Assembly (NCBI GenBank): GCA_040757555.1
Contig: JBFLWN010000002.1
Span: 19,116-83,115, forward strand
Source: Patescibacteria group bacterium
Lineage (GTDB): Bacteria > Patescibacteriota > Minisyncoccia > UBA6257 > GWB1-50-10
DNA length: 64,000 nucleotides
Direction: 5' to 3'
Shown here: piece after piece, positions 59,566 through 64,000 of the stretch
How positions within the stretch are numbered: position 1 is the stretch's first letter
Layout: every line of letters starts with the position of its first letter
Notes under the pieces: generated by a model
Seen by the model: only the letters and a program-made list of their open reading frames with translations
Database searches by the model: none
Told to the model about the DNA's origin: nothing
Program-made: the position numbers and the translations under genes

Positions 59566-60438
59566 CTACTTACTCCACCGAGCAAAAATGCCGCACGGGA
59601 GTAATCGTTTTGCTTTTGATTCCTCAATCGTGAGTTCACCTATCTCTATCTCACCCCCATACTTCTCCATAATATTGGCGAGATTATTTTTATATGCGGT
59701 TGCCGAATATCCGGATGCATATCCATTTACCAAAAAGAAAACCGGATCCGAAGATAACACTTCCTTACACAAATCGAAAAGCGGAATCAAATCGTCTTCA
59801 ATTTTCCATAATTCCCCTCCCGGTCCATGACCAAACGCCGGAGGATCCATAATGATTCCATCATATTTGTTTCCTCGTTTTATTTCACGTTTTAAAAATT
59901 TCACCGCATCATCAAGAATCCATCGGATTGGAGCATCTTTCAAATCCGAAAGTTCCGCATTTTCCTTTGCCCAGTTGATTGCTACTTTCGATCCATCGAG
60001 ATGACAGACCTCTGCCCCCGCGCGTGCAGCCGCGAGTGTCGCTCCTCCCGTGTATCCAAACAAATTCAATACCGAAACCTTTTTCTTTGATTTTTTTATC
60101 TGGTCTTCAATCCATTTCCAATTGGAAGCCTGCTCGGGAAACACACCCGTGTGCTTGAATGCCCCGAGGTGAATCCAAAAACGCAGTCCATCAATTTCAA
60201 TATTCCACTTTTCGGGAAGATTATTTTTTGTTATCCATTTTGCATTTCGTGCATCGCGGGAAAATATTCCACTCGCCTTTTTCCATTCCATTTCTTGTTT
60301 TGTCTTCTTCCATAATGCCTGCGGATCGGGGCGGGAAAGAATGAATTCTCCATATCGCTCCAATTTCTCCCCCTCTCCACTGTCGAGCAGTTCATATTCA
60401 CCGGATGATTCAGTTTTCAGAATGAGAAAGTTATCCAT
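59566..60438 (-). CDS. class I SAM-dependent methyltransferase, RlmI/RlmK-like
   Basis: LNLFGYTGGATLAAARAGA; IIMDPPAFG. Confidence 0.7.
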   Translation of the reverse strand: MDNFLILKTESSGEYELLDSGEGEKLERYGEFILSRPDPQALWKKTKQEMEWKKASGIFSRDARNAKWITKNNLPEKWNIEIDGLRFWIHLGAFKHTGVFPEQASNWKWIEDQIKKSKKKVSVLNLFGYTGGATLAAARAGAEVCHLDGSKVAINWAKENAELSDLKDAPIRWILDDAVKFLKREIKRGNKYDGIIMDPPAFGHGPGGELWKIEDDLIPLFDLCKEVLSSDPVFFLVNGYASGYSATAYKNNLANIMEKYGGEIEIGELTIEESKAKRLLPCGIFARWSK

Positions 60439-60509
60439 ATCTGATATATGCCATACTTTACCACACTTTCGCTTTTTCTCAATAAATACTGTAAAAATAT
60501 CAATAATCT

Positions 60510-61487
60510 ATGTATGATGAACCTATGCTTGTTGATGATGTAAAAATAAAGGTAAAAGCCGGAAACGGAGGAAATGGCGCAGTTGCGTTCAATAAAAACA
60601 TGAAAAGTCTCGGACCCTCTGGGACGCATGGAGGCAATGGAGGAAACGTATATGTGGAAGGAGTCAGTGATTTAAGCGCATTAAACCAATACCGCTTCAA
60701 AAAAGAACAAAATGCGGAAAACGGAAAAGACGGACGTTCACAATTCAGGGACGGCCAGACCGGCAAGGATCTTGTGCTTCCTGTTCCCGTCGGAACAATT
60801 GTGCATAATCTGAGTAATGGGTTTGACGAGGAAGTAACGAAAATTGGAGAAAAAATATTGGTGGCAAAAGGCGGAAGAGGAGGAAAGGGAAACTTTCATT
60901 TTCGATCATCGATAAACACCTCTCCAAAAGAGTTTAATTACGGAACCCCGGGGGAATCGTTTGAAATCCGACTTGAACTGAAACTCATCGCAGATGTTGG
61001 GCTTATTGGTCTTCCGAATGCCGGAAAATCAAGTTTATTAAACGCGCTCACGAACGCAAAAAGCAGAGTGGCAAATTATCAATTCACCACACTCGAACCT
61101 CATCTTGGGGTCTATTATGAACTTATCCTCGCCGATATTCCAGGACTCATAGAAGGCGCTTCATCCGGAAAAGGATTGGGAACCAAGTTTTTGAGACATA
61201 TCGAACGGACAAAGGTGCTTTTTCACCTCATCTCTTCGGAATCCCTTGATATCCCCCGTGATTACAAAATAATCAAAAATGAGTTGGCATCATTCAGTAA
61301 AACTCTTGCCGAAAAAAAGGAATATGTATTTCTCACAAAAAGTGACTTAATAGACGAAAAGGAATTAAAAGAAAAAATAAAAGAACTGAAGAAAATAAAA
61401 GTCTCCCCCATTCCTATTTCGATTATTGATGAAGATAAAATTGAAGAGGTAAAAAAGATTCTCAATAAAATACAAGAAAAAAAATAA
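60510..61487 (+). CDS. obg: GTPase Obg
   Basis: Gly-rich Obg fold KAGNGGNGAVAF..GGNGGNV; GLIGLPNAGKSSLL; DIPGLIEGA. Confidence 0.9.
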   Translation: MYDEPMLVDDVKIKVKAGNGGNGAVAFNKNMKSLGPSGTHGGNGGNVYVEGVSDLSALNQYRFKKEQNAENGKDGRSQFRDGQTGKDLVLPVPVGTIVHNLSNGFDEEVTKIGEKILVAKGGRGGKGNFHFRSSINTSPKEFNYGTPGESFEIRLELKLIADVGLIGLPNAGKSSLLNALTNAKSRVANYQFTTLEPHLGVYYELILADIPGLIEGASSGKGLGTKFLRHIERTKVLFHLISSESLDIPRDYKIIKNELASFSKTLAEKKEYVFLTKSDLIDEKELKEKIKELKKIKVSPIPISIIDEDKIEEVKKILNKIQEKK

Positions 61488-61493
61488 AAACAA

Positions 61494-61521
61494 AAATCCC
61501 CCGATATACCTCAGGGGATTT
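61494..61521. terminator. hairpin aaatcccccgatatacctcaggggattt
   Basis: Shares the TCCCCGATATA core. Confidence 0.5.
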
Positions 61522-61524
61522 GTT

Positions 61525-61980
61525 TTATAAAGCGAAAAATATTTCCGGCTGCGTCTCAAGTAATCCAACGAGTGTCAAGACATTATCGGCATAAAGTTTT
61601 GCATTCTCGTTATTCAGTCTCACCCATCCATTACCAGAACAAAATGTCCATTCTTCAATGAACGTAGCGACAACCTTGTCTTTTTTGAGTTGTGATATTG
61701 TCTGAAGAAGTTCAGTTCTCAATGATTCCAAACGAACACGCATATCATCTCTTTTTACTTCCCCTACACTTTGAAGAAAATCTCCGGAGAGAAGAAAATC
61801 AACAAATGCAACCTTCGCCTCACATATAAGTTGAAGACTCAGTTCGTTTTTTGAGACAAATTCATGAATAACAGATGGACCAGAAAGAATGAATGGAGAT
61901 AAAACATCTTCTGCTTCTTTTGAATATCCAGTGTTCTTAAAAAACACTTTTACAATTTCGATTGAAGTGAACGACGACAT
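61525..61980 (-). CDS. hypothetical protein
   Basis: ORF only. Confidence 0.4.
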   Translation of the reverse strand: MSSFTSIEIVKVFFKNTGYSKEAEDVLSPFILSGPSVIHEFVSKNELSLQLICEAKVAFVDFLLSGDFLQSVGEVKRDDMRVRLESLRTELLQTISQLKKDKVVATFIEEWTFCSGNGWVRLNNENAKLYADNVLTLVGLLETQPEIFFAL

Positions 61981-62076
61981 GTGACCCTCTTATTAATAAG
62001 TGAAATTTCTGTTTAGTAAGATATCATTAAAATAGCAATAAGTCAAGGTTTTTAAACCCCATAATGTAAAAAAGCC

Positions 62077-62508
62077 TCATATCGAGGCCTTTTTTCTTAT
62101 TGAAACAATTTCCTTTGTTATTCTCCCTAACAAACCCGCAATAGACGGCTCAAATTCGCATATTCCTTCCTCCTTCAACAAAACCTCAACTTGAAAACTT
62201 GCCCGTGTGAGTGTTATTTTTGCCAAAGAAACGGAATACGGAGATGACTTATCTGTTTTTTCCTTCAAGACATTTATGAACGCCATATCTTTATACACTA
62301 CGAGAGAAAACGGCATGTTATCAACTGTTCCCGTATAGGTCTCCACAATTGAGTTAGGAACCTCATTATCCATGTTCCGAGTCATAAGTGATCCATCATC
62401 TGCGAATTTCAGAAATACCTCCGAAAGGATACACGGAATTGATCCTGTGGATTCCACTCCAAGAAATTTTTTAATATTTTCACGAATCTGCTCTTTTGAA
62501 ATATTCAT
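62077..62508 (-). CDS. hypothetical protein
   Basis: ORF; terminator at 62060-62095. Confidence 0.4.
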   Translation of the reverse strand: MNISKEQIRENIKKFLGVESTGSIPCILSEVFLKFADDGSLMTRNMDNEVPNSIVETYTGTVDNMPFSLVVYKDMAFINVLKEKTDKSSPYSVSLAKITLTRASFQVEVLLKEEGICEFEPSIAGLLGRITKEIVSIRKKASI

Positions 62509-62525
62509 CCTCTTTTCTCCTTAGT

Positions 62526-63122
62526 TTATTCTTTGTTTTTAAACTTTATTAACAAAAAAATCATTCCGAGCAACATGAGTGTAGATCGTGTTGAATACAC
62601 AATTGAGATTAACTCACCAAAAAACAAAACCGGCACAAATGAAACAACACTTGCGATGAAATAAGATCCCCACAACACAAACGATTCGTTATGTTTCTTT
62701 TCTCTGAAAATATCGATTACGGTAGGAGCATATCCGACACAAATAAGTGCCTGAACGAGAAAATTCGAGAACTGTGCATCTTTGGAAATCCACCACAAAA
62801 TCAGAATCACACCCGAAGCCACAAGACACCATCTATCAAATTTTGTAAGGCGAATATGATATTTATAGAGAAAGAGAATAACTGTGATAACCACACAAGA
62901 GAAAAAATCAGAGGCCTGAAGCGTCATAACCTGCCAATGTAATGCCTTGATGTTTTTACTGACAAATGTGGCAACACCAATACCTGTCGCAACGCTAAAA
63001 ATTATCCATGTCGCCAGTTTTGGAGTTACTTTCTTCCTGTGAACGAAAAAAGAATAAAAGACACAAGCAAATAGATAACAACCCGCGACGAAAACCGCAG
63101 AAATATCCCTGAATGCATCCAC
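62526..63122 (-). CDS. hypothetical polytopic membrane protein
   Basis: About 6 TM helices. Confidence 0.45.
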   Translation of the reverse strand: MDAFRDISAVFVAGCYLFACVFYSFFVHRKKVTPKLATWIIFSVATGIGVATFVSKNIKALHWQVMTLQASDFFSCVVITVILFLYKYHIRLTKFDRWCLVASGVILILWWISKDAQFSNFLVQALICVGYAPTVIDIFREKKHNESFVLWGSYFIASVVSFVPVLFFGELISIVYSTRSTLMLLGMIFLLIKFKNKE

Positions 63123-63230
63123 CTATTCCTCCTAAAATTGTTAATTTACACTGAGTACACAGTAAAATAAGTTAACCCTTACGTCAATGAGACACTTTAC
63201 AAAAAAGTAAATCTATATTAGAATATAGAA

Positions 63231-63560
63231 ATGGAATACATAATGGAAAAACTCACATGGGCGTGGAATGACCTCAATTTTGTCATTGTGGGAGCGGTAT
63301 TTATCGCATATTTCATCTATGACGTGCTGTATGCATCTTTCACCCTTTCCGTCACGGGTCTTAAGGCGGGACGCGCAGCCACAATCAGTTCAATGTTGTA
63401 TATTATCGGTACGGTCGGAGTGTTAAGTTATGTTGAAAACTTCCTCTACACCATCCCCATTATTATCGGCGGATGGTTTGGCACTTATATTACCGTGCGA
63501 AGAGAAAAAATGAAGAAAGATGGAGAGATAGGTCTTCAAAAAATCCCTTACAATAAGTAA
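63231..63560 (+). CDS. small 3-TM membrane protein
   Basis: ORF; hydrophobic. Confidence 0.4.
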   Translation: MEYIMEKLTWAWNDLNFVIVGAVFIAYFIYDVLYASFTLSVTGLKAGRAATISSMLYIIGTVGVLSYVENFLYTIPIIIGGWFGTYITVRREKMKKDGEIGLQKIPYNK

Positions 63561-63568
63561 GGGATTTT

Positions 63569-64000
63569 TTACATCATTCTTCGGAGTTCGCAAAATTCAC
63601 ACTTCGGATCATCGCAAAACCTGTCCCAAAACGAAAGATCGAGTATTTCCTGAGAAACTTTCAAAATAAGTTTCTTCAACTCCTCGACGTCTTCATTGGT
63701 AATTTCGAAACGTTCTTTTTTGTATCTCCCCTTCTCATCCGGTTCGACGAAATCAATATCTCCCGAAACCATACGAAATTTTTCTCCATCTTTATAGAGA
63801 TCCAAAAGGAGAAAATAAAACGCAAGTTGACGCTTAATATCTCCGTCGGAAGATTTTGTCGTTCCCTCTATCACCCCACGAGATTTTGGCTTTCCTGTTT
63901 TATAATCGACGACATTCACGTGCCCCTCGTCATCCAAAATTTCCATTTTATCAATGATTCCCGTAAGACGAACATCGGGAGTCAAAAGTGCTCCTTGTAT
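63569..64000 (-). CDS. Cas4/RecB-like PD-(D/E)XK nuclease, C-terminal part (N-terminus lies beyond the window end)
   Basis: VVDYKTGK; QLAFYFLLL; C..CEFC. Confidence 0.55.
   Translation of the reverse strand: MQGALLTPDVRLTGIIDKMEILDDEGHVNVVDYKTGKPKSRGVIEGTTKSSDGDIKRQLAFYFLLLDLYKDGEKFRMVSGDIDFVEPDEKGRYKKERFEITNEDVEELKKLILKVSQEILDLSFWDRFCDDPKCEFCELRRMM

Noticed and set aside
1-64000. CRISPR array, transposase, integrase or rRNA
   Set aside because: No regularly spaced direct repeats with unique spacers, no DDE or tyrosine-recombinase-like ORFs, and no rRNA-like conserved stretches were seen.

Overview
This 64 kb window is AT-rich and gene-dense, with small genes and short intergenic hairpin terminators, a pattern typical of a reduced-genome bacterium (CPR/Patescibacteria-like; this is an inference from composition and gene content). 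Recognisable core genes are dnaG-rpoD, a truncated alaS, rplI, rpmA, ctpA, murC, a dcw-like minus-strand cluster (murE-like, femAB-like, M23 peptidase, gltX, murG, ftsW, amidohydrolase), tgt, an Fe/Mn superoxide dismutase, a DEAD-box helicase, rsgA, obg, an RlmI-like methyltransferase, plsY, a PAS histidine kinase, an MFS transporter, an AI-2E transporter, a metallophosphoesterase, a Nudix hydrolase and two tRNAs (Ser-GGA, Gln-CTG). Between these lie many small secreted, membrane or cysteine-rich proteins of unknown function. No transposase, integrase or CRISPR array was seen. Most worth a second look: (1) a 3.3 kb AT-rich block between rsgA and tRNA-Gln that encodes an HEPN-like Rx5H protein, a PIN-like protein, a 4-TM protein and a zinc-ribbon plus DUF4145-like protein, which is a candidate abortive-infection or defense island; (2) an operon downstream of rsgA with a FlaR-like P-loop kinase, a GIY-YIG nuclease and a large fusion of a P-loop kinase domain, a zinc finger and a TtuA-like PP-loop domain; (3) a second divergent PP-loop-like gene with unknown neighbours; (4) three Cas4/RecB-like Cys-cluster PD-(D/E)XK nucleases with no CRISPR; (5) tRNA-Ser followed by a duplicated 20-nt copy of its 3' end; (6) a perfect 34-bp palindrome in a divergent promoter region; (7) a 42-bp tandem repeat inside a coiled-coil membrane protein.
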